DNA of 32,000 bases from Promethearchaeota archaeon (GTDB lineage Archaea; Asgardarchaeota; Lokiarchaeia; Sigyniarchaeales; SOKP01), in NCBI GenBank assembly GCA_030606485.1, contig JAUWGH010000003.1:90001-122000 (forward strand), in the 5' to 3' direction. The position numbers were made by a program, and so were the translations under genes. This document shows, one piece after another, positions 8,027-17,916 of the stretch. How positions within the stretch are numbered: position 1 is the stretch's first letter; every line of letters begins with the position of its first letter. Under the pieces are notes generated by a model. It was given only the letters and a program-made list of their open reading frames with translations, was not told where the DNA came from and made no database searches.

Positions 8027-11000
8027 TTACCAATATGGCATTTCGCCATTATGATATTCATTTAATGATTTAATGGATATTTTTCTTTCTCGAATCTGTT
8101 CAATTGCATTAAATATTGCATATGCTAATTGCAGATTTATTATAACTGGGATATTATATTCCACTGCAAATCTACGAATTTCATACTCATCTTCCATTAT
8201 TCTCTTATATTTTTCTGCTTCCATTGCAATTGTTGGGATGTTTATTACCATGTTAATTTTTCCTTCTCTTATATAAGTTAAGATATTCGGAAATTCTCCA
8301 ATTTCTTTTACTTTTAATAATTTAAAGTTTGATATTCCTGCAGATTCAAGAGCTTTTGAAGTATGTTCTGTCGCATAAATTGAAAAACCTAAAGATTTGA
8401 TTTTGCGAGCTAAAGGAATAATATCCTTCTTAAGTTTTTCTCCACCAACTGTAATTAAAATATTACCATTCTCAATAGGAATTTTTAAATCGGTTGATTC
8501 TAATGCTTTTATTAAAGCATCAGGAAAATCATCTCCAATACATGCAACTTCTCCTGTTGATGCCATCTCAACACCCAAAACAGGGTCGGCTCCATCTAAG
8601 CGCATAAATGAAAATTGGGGGCATTTAATGGTCACGAAATTTCCAGTTGGTATATTCATTATTTTTGGATCAATTTTTTTTCCAAGAATGACTTCAGCAG
8701 CAATTTTCATAAGATTAATTCCGCGAGCTTTTGAAACTAGAGGCATAGAACGGCTTGAGCGCAAATTACATTCTATAACATATAATTTCCCTTCTTTTAA
8801 TAAATATTGGATATTAAATGGTCCCCTTATTTTTAATGCTAAAGCGATTTTTTTCGATATAGAGATTAAATTATCAATAATATCATTAGATATTGTCTGA
8901 GGGGGGATTGCCATTGTTGCATCTCCACTATGTATCCCAGCATTCTCAATATGTTCAATAATCGCACCTATAAATACAGTCTCACCGTCGCTAACACCGT
9001 CACATTCAATTTCACGTGAGTCGGTAAAAAATTTTGTGATAACAACTGGATTATCTTTAGATACTTTAGAAGCGATATCTAAAACGTGCCGTAAGGTTTG
9101 GGGATCATGTGCTACTCTCATTGCAGCACCACTTAATACGAAAGAAGGTCGAACTAACACAGGGTATCCAATTTCCTCTGCAAATTTTAACACTTCATCT
9201 TTTTCCTCAAGACTATTCCATATAGGTTGTAATATTGCTAAGTGATCAAGTAGGGCACTAAATTTTTTCCTATTTTCTGCGTTATTGATACTAATCCCTT
9301 GAGTACCTAATAATCTGAGATTAGTTTTTCTAAAAAACTCATTATATTTTTGGATTTTAACCGCTAAATTATTTGCAATTTGACCACCAACCGATACAAC
9401 TACACCATAACCTTTTTCCTTCTCGCAGATATCTACAACACGTTCGCCCGATAATTCTTCGAAATATAATTTATCTGAAATATCATAATCAGTTGAAACC
9501 GTTTCAGGATTATAATTAATCATAATTACTTGATCAACATTTAATTCCTTGAGTTTCCATACCATATTAACGCAACACCAATCAAATTCTACAGAAGAAC
9601 CGATTCTATAAGTTCCTGAGCCTAAAACAATTATTTTTTGAAGGTTCTCAGTGGTTTCTTTTTCATAATCAATATCATCTTCCATTGCAGAATATGTAAG
9701 ATAAAGATAATTTGTTTGTGCTGGCCATTCAGCTGCCAGTGTATCCATCTGATTTGTATAGGGAATTATATTATATCTTTTTCGAAGTCGTCGAATAGTG
9801 ATTGTATCAAGCCCCATTATTGTTGCTATTTGTCCATCTGAAAACCCAAAACGTTTCGCCTTTCTTAACTGATATTCTTTTTCTTCATCTGAAGACCTAA
9901 GAAGATTTAATCTTTTCAATTCTCTTTCTATATTTATTATATTTTCAATTTTATGGAGAAACCATTTATCAATTCGCGATAAACGGTAAATTTCATTGAT
10001 GGAAATTCCTTTTTTAATAGCTTCCGCCACTCTAAAAATTCTTTTATCCGTTGGATGCCTTAATTCATTCTTTAATTCATTATAATTATCAATTGGTTCT
10101 AAGTCATTACCAACAATTCCTTTCATATCGATATCCAACATTCTTATTGCTTTTTGTAATACTTCTTCGAAAGTTCGTCCAATTGCCATAACTTCTCCAA
10201 CTGATTTCATTTGTGTTCCAATGTGTCTATCTACTCGTCGAAATTTGTCTAAATCCCATCGGGGATATTTTAAAACTATATAATCAATTGAAGGTTCAAA
10301 ACATGCCGTTGTAATACCAGTTACAGTATTTTTTAATTCTGTTAACAGATATCCCAGTGCTAATTTAGTAGCAAAATAGGCTAAAGGATAACCTGTTGCT
10401 TTTGAGGCAAGTGCAGATGAGCGAGACAACCTTGCATTTATTTCAATTGCTTGAAATTCTTTTGATATTGGATTTAATGCATATTGAATATTACATTCTC
10501 CAATAATACCCAAGTTTTGAACAACTCTTATTGATGCACATCTCATCATTTGATATTCTTCATTTGTTAGTGTTTGAGTGGGAGCAACAACAATGCTCTC
10601 TCCAGTATGTATCCCCATAGGATCAACATTTTCCATACTACAATTAATAATACAATTGTTAGATACATCTCTAACAACTTCAAATTCGATTTCTTTCCAT
10701 CCCCACACTGATTCTTCTACTAAAATTTGATGTATTATTGATTGAGCTAACGCTCTTTTCGCAAATACTTCAAATTCTTTTAGATTTTCAACAATACCTG
10801 ACCCTCTACCACCTAATGTATATGCAACTCGAATCATTAATGGAAAACCCAATTCTTCTGCTGCTTTCAATGCATCTTGATAATTATCTACTGCAAAACT
10901 TTTAGGGCAAACTACACCAGATTTTTCCATTGCTTTAACAAATAAGTCTCTATCTTCAGTTGCAATTATTGCTTCGACAGGTGTTCCCAATACTCTTACA

Positions 11001-11335
11001 TTATATTTTTCCAATATTTTCTTTTCTGCTAATTCAACACCGATATTTAATGCTGTTTGACCACCAAATGATAATAAAATCCCATCAGGTCTTTCTTTTT
11101 TAATTACTTTTTCAACATAACGCATATTAATTGGGAGTAAATATATTCTATCTGATAATTGGGGATCAGTTTGAATTGTCGCGATATTTGGGTTTATTAA
11201 AATAGTATAAATTCCTTCCTCCTTAAGTGCCTTTAATGCTTGAGAACCAGAGTAGTCAAATTCACCTGCTTGACCAATTTTTATTGAACCTGAGCCTAGT
11301 AATAACACCTTTTTTATTGTATTATCAAAAGGCAT
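8027..11335 (-). CDS. carB: Carbamoyl-phosphate synthase large subunit
   Basis: IGQAGEFDYSGSQA, duplicated ATP-grasp domains (GIHTGES / GIHSGDA), RLSRSSALASKATG, C-terminal MGS-like domain; 1102 aa. Confidence 0.98.
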   Translation of the reverse strand: MPFDNTIKKVLLLGSGSIKIGQAGEFDYSGSQALKALKEEGIYTILINPNIATIQTDPQLSDRIYLLPINMRYVEKVIKKERPDGILLSFGGQTALNIGVELAEKKILEKYNVRVLGTPVEAIIATEDRDLFVKAMEKSGVVCPKSFAVDNYQDALKAAEELGFPLMIRVAYTLGGRGSGIVENLKEFEVFAKRALAQSIIHQILVEESVWGWKEIEFEVVRDVSNNCIINCSMENVDPMGIHTGESIVVAPTQTLTNEEYQMMRCASIRVVQNLGIIGECNIQYALNPISKEFQAIEINARLSRSSALASKATGYPLAYFATKLALGYLLTELKNTVTGITTACFEPSIDYIVLKYPRWDLDKFRRVDRHIGTQMKSVGEVMAIGRTFEEVLQKAIRMLDIDMKGIVGNDLEPIDNYNELKNELRHPTDKRIFRVAEAIKKGISINEIYRLSRIDKWFLHKIENIINIERELKRLNLLRSSDEEKEYQLRKAKRFGFSDGQIATIMGLDTITIRRLRKRYNIIPYTNQMDTLAAEWPAQTNYLYLTYSAMEDDIDYEKETTENLQKIIVLGSGTYRIGSSVEFDWCCVNMVWKLKELNVDQVIMINYNPETVSTDYDISDKLYFEELSGERVVDICEKEKGYGVVVSVGGQIANNLAVKIQKYNEFFRKTNLRLLGTQGISINNAENRKKFSALLDHLAILQPIWNSLEEKDEVLKFAEEIGYPVLVRPSFVLSGAAMRVAHDPQTLRHVLDIASKVSKDNPVVITKFFTDSREIECDGVSDGETVFIGAIIEHIENAGIHSGDATMAIPPQTISNDIIDNLISISKKIALALKIRGPFNIQYLLKEGKLYVIECNLRSSRSMPLVSKARGINLMKIAAEVILGKKIDPKIMNIPTGNFVTIKCPQFSFMRLDGADPVLGVEMASTGEVACIGDDFPDALIKALESTDLKIPIENGNILITVGGEKLKKDIIPLARKIKSLGFSIYATEHTSKALESAGISNFKLLKVKEIGEFPNILTYIREGKINMVINIPTIAMEAEKYKRIMEDEYEIRRFAVEYNIPVIINLQLAYAIFNAIEQIRERKISIKSLNEYHNGEMPYW

Positions 11336-12481
11336 CTATTTTAGAACCCCCATAAATTTTAAAAACATATCAAATAGAAATGCTTGAGTATCTTTAGGTC
11401 CTGGAGATGATTCGGGATGAAATTGAAGGCTAAAAATAGGTTTAGTTTTATGGATAATCCCTTCATTTGTTTTATCATCAGGATTGTAAAAGAATTCCTT
11501 AAAGCTTACTTCTTCCAAATTATCAGTATTAATTCCATATCCATGATTCTGAGTAGTAATAAAGCATCTTCCCGTTGGATTATGGATTACTGATTTATTT
11601 GCTCCTCGATGTCCAAATTTAAGTTTATAAGTTTTCGCTCCAGCACCTAAACCAATTATTTGATCACCCAAACAAATTCCCATTGTAGGAATAGAATTTT
11701 CGATTAAATTTTCAGCAACTTCAATTGCACTTTTACATTTCAAGGGATCTCCCGGTCCATTTGAAATTAGAACACCGTTTGGATTATAATCCATGATTTG
11801 GTCATAACTAAAATCATGGGGCAGTAAAATTACATTCAAATTTCTTTTCAACAAATTTCTTATAATATTAAGTTTAGTGCCCAAATCTAAAACAATCACA
11901 GTCCCAATAGGATTTGAGGGAGTGAAATGTCTTGCTCTTACAGTAGAAACTTCACTAACTAAATCTTTATTATTTGGATCTGAAATTTCTTTAACTTCCT
12001 CTTTTATTAGTTTGATATCTGGTTTTTCACCAGGGTTAAATACTTGCAATAATCCTAATTTTACTCCTTCATCTCGAATTATCTTAGTTAAAGCCCTAGT
12101 ATCAACCCATTCAATTCCAGGGACGTCTTGTTCTTGAAGAAAATCGTCTAAAGATTTCACACTTTCATAGTGACTAGGTATCTTACAATATTCATTTACT
12201 ACTAATCCTTTAATTTTAATACTATCTGACTCGAAGCATTTATGTATTCCATATTCATCCTTTATCCAATCTGGAACACCATAGTTTCCAATTAAGGGAT
12301 AAGTCATAATACATATTTGTTCATGAAAAGAGGGATCTGTAATAGTTTCATTATAACCGACCATACTGGTTGTAAATACTATTTCTCCACAAACCTTTTT
12401 TGTAGCCCCAAATCCAATTCCTTCAAAATATCTTCCATCTTGAAACATTAAAATTGCGGGACGGTCATTCTTTAAATGCAT
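11336..12481 (-). CDS. carA: Carbamoyl-phosphate synthase small (glutaminase) subunit
   Basis: GEIVFTTSMVGY, TYPLIGNYGV, SNGPGDP, GICLG (catalytic Cys), QNHGY, QFHPE; TAG stop abuts the carB ATG. Confidence 0.97.
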   Translation of the reverse strand: MHLKNDRPAILMFQDGRYFEGIGFGATKKVCGEIVFTTSMVGYNETITDPSFHEQICIMTYPLIGNYGVPDWIKDEYGIHKCFESDSIKIKGLVVNEYCKIPSHYESVKSLDDFLQEQDVPGIEWVDTRALTKIIRDEGVKLGLLQVFNPGEKPDIKLIKEEVKEISDPNNKDLVSEVSTVRARHFTPSNPIGTVIVLDLGTKLNIIRNLLKRNLNVILLPHDFSYDQIMDYNPNGVLISNGPGDPLKCKSAIEVAENLIENSIPTMGICLGDQIIGLGAGAKTYKLKFGHRGANKSVIHNPTGRCFITTQNHGYGINTDNLEEVSFKEFFYNPDDKTNEGIIHKTKPIFSLQFHPESSPGPKDTQAFLFDMFLKFMGVLK

Positions 12482-12517
12482 TTTATCCCTCTATAACTCA
12501 TTTCTCAATATTTTTTT

Positions 12518-14074
12518 TTACTCATATTCAATTGTAGATGGAGGTTTATTGGATATATCAAATACTACTCTATTGAATCCCTTAACCTCATTAATAATTC
12601 TTGTTGAAATTTCTTCTAATAAATTCCAATCAATTTTAGCAAAATTAGCAGTCATAGCATCTATGCTTTGAACTGCTCGAATTGCACAAATATATTCATA
12701 TGTTCTATGATCTCCCATAACTCCAACTGTTTTTATTGGAAGGAATACCGGAAATATTTGCCAAATATCATCATAAATCCCAGCATTTTTAATTTCTTCT
12801 TGAATTATTTGATCAGCTTCTCTTATCATACTTAATTTTTCCTCATCAACAGGACCGACACACCTTACGGCTAATCCAGGACCAGGAAATGGGTGTCTTT
12901 TTATTGATTCTTCGGGTAATCCAAGTTCTATACCTATTTTTCTAACTTCATCTTTATATAAATCTTTAAGTGGTTCAATTATATCAAAATTTAATTTTTC
13001 TGGCAAGATTACATTATGATGAGATTTAATTTTTGAAGCAAATTTACTTGTAGCTTTAGATTCGACTCGATCAGGATATATTGTTCCTTGTGCTAAAAAT
13101 TTAATATTTGGATATTTGGTTTCTAATTCCTTAGTTTTTTGTTCAAAAACTTCAATAAATGAGTTTGCAATTATTATTCTTTTTTTTTCAGGATCAGATA
13201 CTCCCTTAAGGCGCTTCATAAATAAGTTCTTTGCATCAATATAATGAAAATTTTTAAATTTTAACGTTCTTTTGAAAAATTCTTGGACTTCTAATTCCTC
13301 GTTTTTACGTAATAAATTATTATTTACAAAAATACAGTGCAATTTATCACCAATAGCTTGATGGAGTAATATTGCAGTGACTGATGAATCTACACCTCCA
13401 CTCAGTCCTAAAATAACCCTATTGTCTCCTACTTCTCCTCTGATCTTATCAATTGTATGTTCAATCCAATTTTCTAATTTCCATTCTTTTTTACATTTGA
13501 CTATTTTAAATAAAAAATTGGAAAATATTTTTTCTCCACTGATAGTATGCTTTACTTCTGGATGGAATTGCACTCCGTATATTTTGAGTTTTTCATTTCC
13601 ATAAGCTGCAATTGGACAATTATCAGTTCTTGCTAAAACTTGAAATCCTGAGGGAAGATCTAGCACTTGGTCTAAATGAGACATCCATACAGTTTCTTCG
13701 TCTAATAAAAGTTCGAATAATCCCTTATGTTCAAGAACATGTAATATTGTCTTTCCATATTCTTTACTTTCCCTCGGCTCGATTTTCCCACCAAGATGGT
13801 GAATTATTAAATGAAAACCATAACAAATTCCTAAAATTGGAATTTTATTCTGGTGTATAAATTTATAAATATTCTCAGATAGCTTGAGAGAATCTTCCGA
13901 ATATACACTACTGGGACCTCCAGATAATATTATCGCTTTAGGTTCAATACTGTTAATTTTTTTAAAATCAATATCATAAGGAAAAACTTCAGAGTAAACA
14001 TTTAAATCTCTTATTCTTCTAGCAATTAGGTGGCTATATTGACCTCCAAAATCAAGAATTATAACTGTATCCAT
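12518..14074 (-). CDS. guaA: GMP synthase (glutamine-hydrolysing), single-chain GATase + ATP pyrophosphatase
   Basis: LDFGGQY, GICYG, QFHPEV, LGLSGGVDS, IKSHHNV, RHPFPGPGLAVR, KPPSTIEYE. Confidence 0.98.
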   Translation of the reverse strand: MDTVIILDFGGQYSHLIARRIRDLNVYSEVFPYDIDFKKINSIEPKAIILSGGPSSVYSEDSLKLSENIYKFIHQNKIPILGICYGFHLIIHHLGGKIEPRESKEYGKTILHVLEHKGLFELLLDEETVWMSHLDQVLDLPSGFQVLARTDNCPIAAYGNEKLKIYGVQFHPEVKHTISGEKIFSNFLFKIVKCKKEWKLENWIEHTIDKIRGEVGDNRVILGLSGGVDSSVTAILLHQAIGDKLHCIFVNNNLLRKNEELEVQEFFKRTLKFKNFHYIDAKNLFMKRLKGVSDPEKKRIIIANSFIEVFEQKTKELETKYPNIKFLAQGTIYPDRVESKATSKFASKIKSHHNVILPEKLNFDIIEPLKDLYKDEVRKIGIELGLPEESIKRHPFPGPGLAVRCVGPVDEEKLSMIREADQIIQEEIKNAGIYDDIWQIFPVFLPIKTVGVMGDHRTYEYICAIRAVQSIDAMTANFAKIDWNLLEEISTRIINEVKGFNRVVFDISNKPPSTIEYE

Positions 14075-14340
14075 TTTAATTTAAAATTATTCTGTATAAG
14101 GCGATATTTACTTAATATTGTTAGCTTGATATCACTAATATTTTCTTATTATAAATTATATCCTAATAAAAGATTAATAATTAACTCGTTTTAACACAAT
14201 TTAATAAAAATATGAAACTTTAACCAAAAATTACAGTTCAAAATCATTATAAAGAGAAATAAAGCTAATCAGATGACAATCTATTCTTAATATAAAAATT
14301 TTAAAATATATTAAAAATTCATGAAAAATATTGAGAATTT

Positions 14341-15666
14341 TTATAATTTTTTAATATATCTATCAAATTCCCAATTAGAAACAACTTTCCTGTATAAATC
14401 AAATTCTTCTAATTTAGCCCAGAGAAAATTTCTGAATGGTCTATCACCAAAAACTCTTTTCATAAGTTCACTCTTTTCATATTCTTCAAGTGCTTCATAA
14501 AGATTCGCTGGAAGTGCCTTAATTCCTCTTTTTTTCATTTCTTTTGTAGAGATTTTATACACATTGAAATCACTAGGTTCTGGTGGCTCAATCTTTTGCT
14601 TTATCCCTTCTAATCCCGTTGCCAATAACACTGAAAATTGTAAATATGGATTTCCTGCAGGATCAGGACATCGTATTTCACATCGAGCTCCCGACTTAGT
14701 TGGAAAGCTTGGTACGCGAATTAATGGAGATCGATTCTTAAAACCCCACGCTAAATAAATTGGCGCTTCATAACCGGGAACTAAACGTTTATATGAGTTT
14801 GGCCAGCTGCACAAAACAGCACACATTTCCCTCCCATATTTTATTTGCCCTCCAACAAAATATTTCATAGTTTGGGAGATATGATTCTCATCATTTTCAT
14901 CATAAAAGATATTTTCTCCATTTTTCCATAAAGATTGATGTACATGCATCCCAGAGCCATTGATATTTTGGAAAGGTTTTGGCATAAAAGATGCGATACA
15001 ATTATATTGTGCTGCTACTACTTTTACAATCATTTTTAGCCAAACCGTATGATCTGCAGTTTTTAAGGCTGTATCATATTTAAAATCAATCTCATTTTGT
15101 CCTTCTGCAACCTCATGGTGTAATGTTTCGATTTCAATTCCGTATCCTTTCGCATACTCAGCCATATCTCTTCTCATTTTTTCGTCTATAAGATGTGGGT
15201 CATAATCAAAATATCCGCGTAAATCTCTAGGCTTGATTGCTTCCTCTTCATTTAATATGAAAAATTCTAATTCTGGCGCACACATAAATTCGTAGCCCAT
15301 TTCTTGAACTTCTTTATAGGTTTTTTGAAGAATATATCTCGGATCTCCTTCAAATCTTTTACCATCAGGTTCATATATATCGCATATAAATCCACATTCA
15401 TCTATTTTAGGAGAATTCCATGGAATGATGTGAAAAGTAAATGGATCTGGAATTGCAACCATATCAGATTCCTCTATTGAGCCATACCCAGTAATTGATG
15501 AACCATCGAAATTTTCCCCTTCTTTTAATATTGATTCAATTCGATTAATATTAACTCCAAAGCTTTTTACAATCCCATTAATTTCAGTGAATTCTAAACT
15601 TGCAAATTTTATCTCTTGATCTTCTATGATTTTTAGAATCTCTTCAATTTTTTCTTCTCTTTTCAT
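14341..15666 (-). CDS. glnA: Glutamine synthetase type I (likely GSI-alpha)
   Basis: FDGSSI, HHEVAEGQNEIDF, MPKP...NGSGMHVHQSL, NSYKRLVPGYEAP, NRSPLIRVP, EIRCPDPAGNPYL; 441 aa. Confidence 0.96.
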   Translation of the reverse strand: MKREEKIEEILKIIEDQEIKFASLEFTEINGIVKSFGVNINRIESILKEGENFDGSSITGYGSIEESDMVAIPDPFTFHIIPWNSPKIDECGFICDIYEPDGKRFEGDPRYILQKTYKEVQEMGYEFMCAPELEFFILNEEEAIKPRDLRGYFDYDPHLIDEKMRRDMAEYAKGYGIEIETLHHEVAEGQNEIDFKYDTALKTADHTVWLKMIVKVVAAQYNCIASFMPKPFQNINGSGMHVHQSLWKNGENIFYDENDENHISQTMKYFVGGQIKYGREMCAVLCSWPNSYKRLVPGYEAPIYLAWGFKNRSPLIRVPSFPTKSGARCEIRCPDPAGNPYLQFSVLLATGLEGIKQKIEPPEPSDFNVYKISTKEMKKRGIKALPANLYEALEEYEKSELMKRVFGDRPFRNFLWAKLEEFDLYRKVVSNWEFDRYIKKL

Positions 15667-15752
15667 AAGTTACACGCAAAAATACTTTATCTTATATCTT
15701 AAAATAGTAAGAGAGATTTAATAAAAAATTGGTAATTAATTTATAAATTAAC

Positions 15753-17435
15753 CTATTTTTTATTTTTATAGTTTATTGATGCTTTTATGAATGCTGTGTA
15801 GCAAGGAGAGGGAGCATACGGTTTACTTTTGAATTCTGGATGGAACTGCACCCCAACCATCCAATGATCTTCACGATTTAATTCAATACTATTAATAATT
15901 TCTCCAGTTTCATCTCTACTTGAAATTATTAATCCCTTTTGCTTAGTATCATCATCAATGTATTTTTCAATTATATGATATCTGTGACGAAATCGCTCAA
16001 TTATTTCTTCAGTTTGATATGCATCATATAATCTCGTATCTTTTTTTACCTTTATTTTTAGCCCACCTAATCTCATCGTGCCCCCTTTTGATTTGATTTT
16101 TTTCTGACTTTCAAGCAAATCAATAACTGGATAAGGTGTATTTTGGTCTATTTCTGTCGAATTTGCGTTTTTCAAACCTAAATATTTTCTGCAAAATGCA
16201 ATGAAAAATAATTGAGCTCCAAAACAAACACCCAAATAAGGGACTTTATTTTCCATTGCAAATTCAGCTGTTTTTATCATCCCTTCTACTGCTCGCTCCC
16301 CAAATCCGGGTGTTAATAAAATTCCATCGCATTCTTTTAATTCCTTTTCAATATCTGTTTCTTCTGTAATATTGATCATTTTCAAATTTGCAATGTATCC
16401 TTCATGAGCTGCAGCCTGTTCTAATGCACTATTTATTGAAATGTAGGAATCAGAAATGTTAAAATATTTTCCAGGCATACCAATTGTAACTGTTTCTTTT
16501 GTATTTTTATAAAGATTAACCATTTTTTGCCATTCAGAATAATTATTAACTGTACTATAAGTTACTAATTTTGCTTTCAGGTCTAAGAGTTCACATAAAT
16601 AATCTCCTAATTTTTGATCTTCAAATAATAAAGGAAGTTCATAAACCACATCTAAATCAGGATCTGAAATTACTGCTTCTAATGGAACATTTGTAAATAA
16701 TGAAATTTTTTCCTTAATTTTATTATCTAAAGGTTTGCTTGATCTACCGATTAAAACATCAGGCTGTAAACCAGCAGCTTGTAAAGCCTTAACTGAGTGT
16801 TGAGTAGGTTTTGTTTTATGTTGCATAATAACACTAGAATATGGAATCAAAGTAACATGAATTAGAGCAATGCTTCTTTTTGATAATTCCAGTCTTAATT
16901 GTCGAAAACTTTCTAAAAATATCTGAGACTCAATATCTCCAACAGTTCCTCCACACTCTACTAATAAAACATCTAAATCCTCCTCACCTGCAATTTTTCT
17001 TAATCGATCCTTTATAATATTCGTACAATGAGGAATTATTTGAACAGTTCTTCCAAGGAATTTACCTTCTCTTTCTCTTAAAATAGTTGAAAGATAAATC
17101 TGTCCAGAGGTAATATTATGAGAAGGATGAATATTTTCGCCCCAAAATCTTGAATACGAACCAAAATCCTGGTCAATTTCTGATATTCTATAAATATATT
17201 CATCTGAAGTAGGTACAGGTTTAAAATCCCAAACTTGTTCGGTGACAAAGCATTCTCCATGTTCAATGGGATTGAGTGTTCCAGGGTCTACATTTAAATA
17301 GGGATCGATCTTTACGCCAGAGATTTTAAACCCTCGAAATTGAAATAATTTTCCCAAACTAGCAGTTACAATGCCTTTACCAATCCCTGACATAACCCCC
17401 CCTGTAACAAACACGAATTTACAATTAGATTGCAT
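15753..17435 (-). CDS. pyrG: CTP synthase
   Basis: FVTGGVMSGIGKG, KIDPYLNVDPGT, ECGGTVGDIES, KTKPTQHSV, GVCFG, GGTMRLG, RFRHRY, QFHPEF. Confidence 0.97.
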   Translation of the reverse strand: MQSNCKFVFVTGGVMSGIGKGIVTASLGKLFQFRGFKISGVKIDPYLNVDPGTLNPIEHGECFVTEQVWDFKPVPTSDEYIYRISEIDQDFGSYSRFWGENIHPSHNITSGQIYLSTILREREGKFLGRTVQIIPHCTNIIKDRLRKIAGEEDLDVLLVECGGTVGDIESQIFLESFRQLRLELSKRSIALIHVTLIPYSSVIMQHKTKPTQHSVKALQAAGLQPDVLIGRSSKPLDNKIKEKISLFTNVPLEAVISDPDLDVVYELPLLFEDQKLGDYLCELLDLKAKLVTYSTVNNYSEWQKMVNLYKNTKETVTIGMPGKYFNISDSYISINSALEQAAAHEGYIANLKMINITEETDIEKELKECDGILLTPGFGERAVEGMIKTAEFAMENKVPYLGVCFGAQLFFIAFCRKYLGLKNANSTEIDQNTPYPVIDLLESQKKIKSKGGTMRLGGLKIKVKKDTRLYDAYQTEEIIERFRHRYHIIEKYIDDDTKQKGLIISSRDETGEIINSIELNREDHWMVGVQFHPEFKSKPYAPSPCYTAFIKASINYKNKK

Positions 17436-17916
17436 TTTAACTTCAATTACTTCGTTTCAATATTAATTATAAATAAAATATTTATTATATTTCCTTTCTT
17501 TTCAATCTTTTCTAATAAAATTTATTCACATTATTATGTTATTTATCTTATTTATTTTAAGAAAGAAATTCTAAAATAAAATAAAGGCTTGATTTATTTT
17601 TTAATATTTCTCTTTCAATATTGTAAAACCAATAACTGAAGTTGGAATTAGTGGAGTTTCCCACAGTTTTCCCACTTGTTTAGTAAGTATGTATTGTTGA
17701 TACTTTTTCTAAATTTAATTTTAAATAGGCATATACGTGCTTGATATTTCTTGAATTGCTATAGGAATCATATTAAAAAATATTTTCTATAGTGTAAAAT
17801 TAAAAAAAATTGACAATTTTTATTTTTTTAAGTTAAAATTGAATTTTTCATTTTTTTTAAATATTAGATTTCAATTTTTAAAATAAAATAGAAAGGTTAA
17901 ATTTAATTTAATATTA

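Noticed and set aside
8073-13860. Several short plus-strand ORFs (8073, 8397, 9036, 9638, 11877, 13377, 13612)
   Set aside because: All lie opposite carB, carA or guaA and lack recognisable motifs.
17657-17675. TTTCCCAC resembling eukaryotic CSL or E2F sites
   Set aside because: Short motif with no cognate factor in evidence; the resemblance is likely coincidental.
17436-17916. Long AT-rich intergenic region as a replication origin or ncRNA
   Set aside because: No recognisable ORB boxes, no adjacent cdc6/orc1 and no GC-rich structured stretch.
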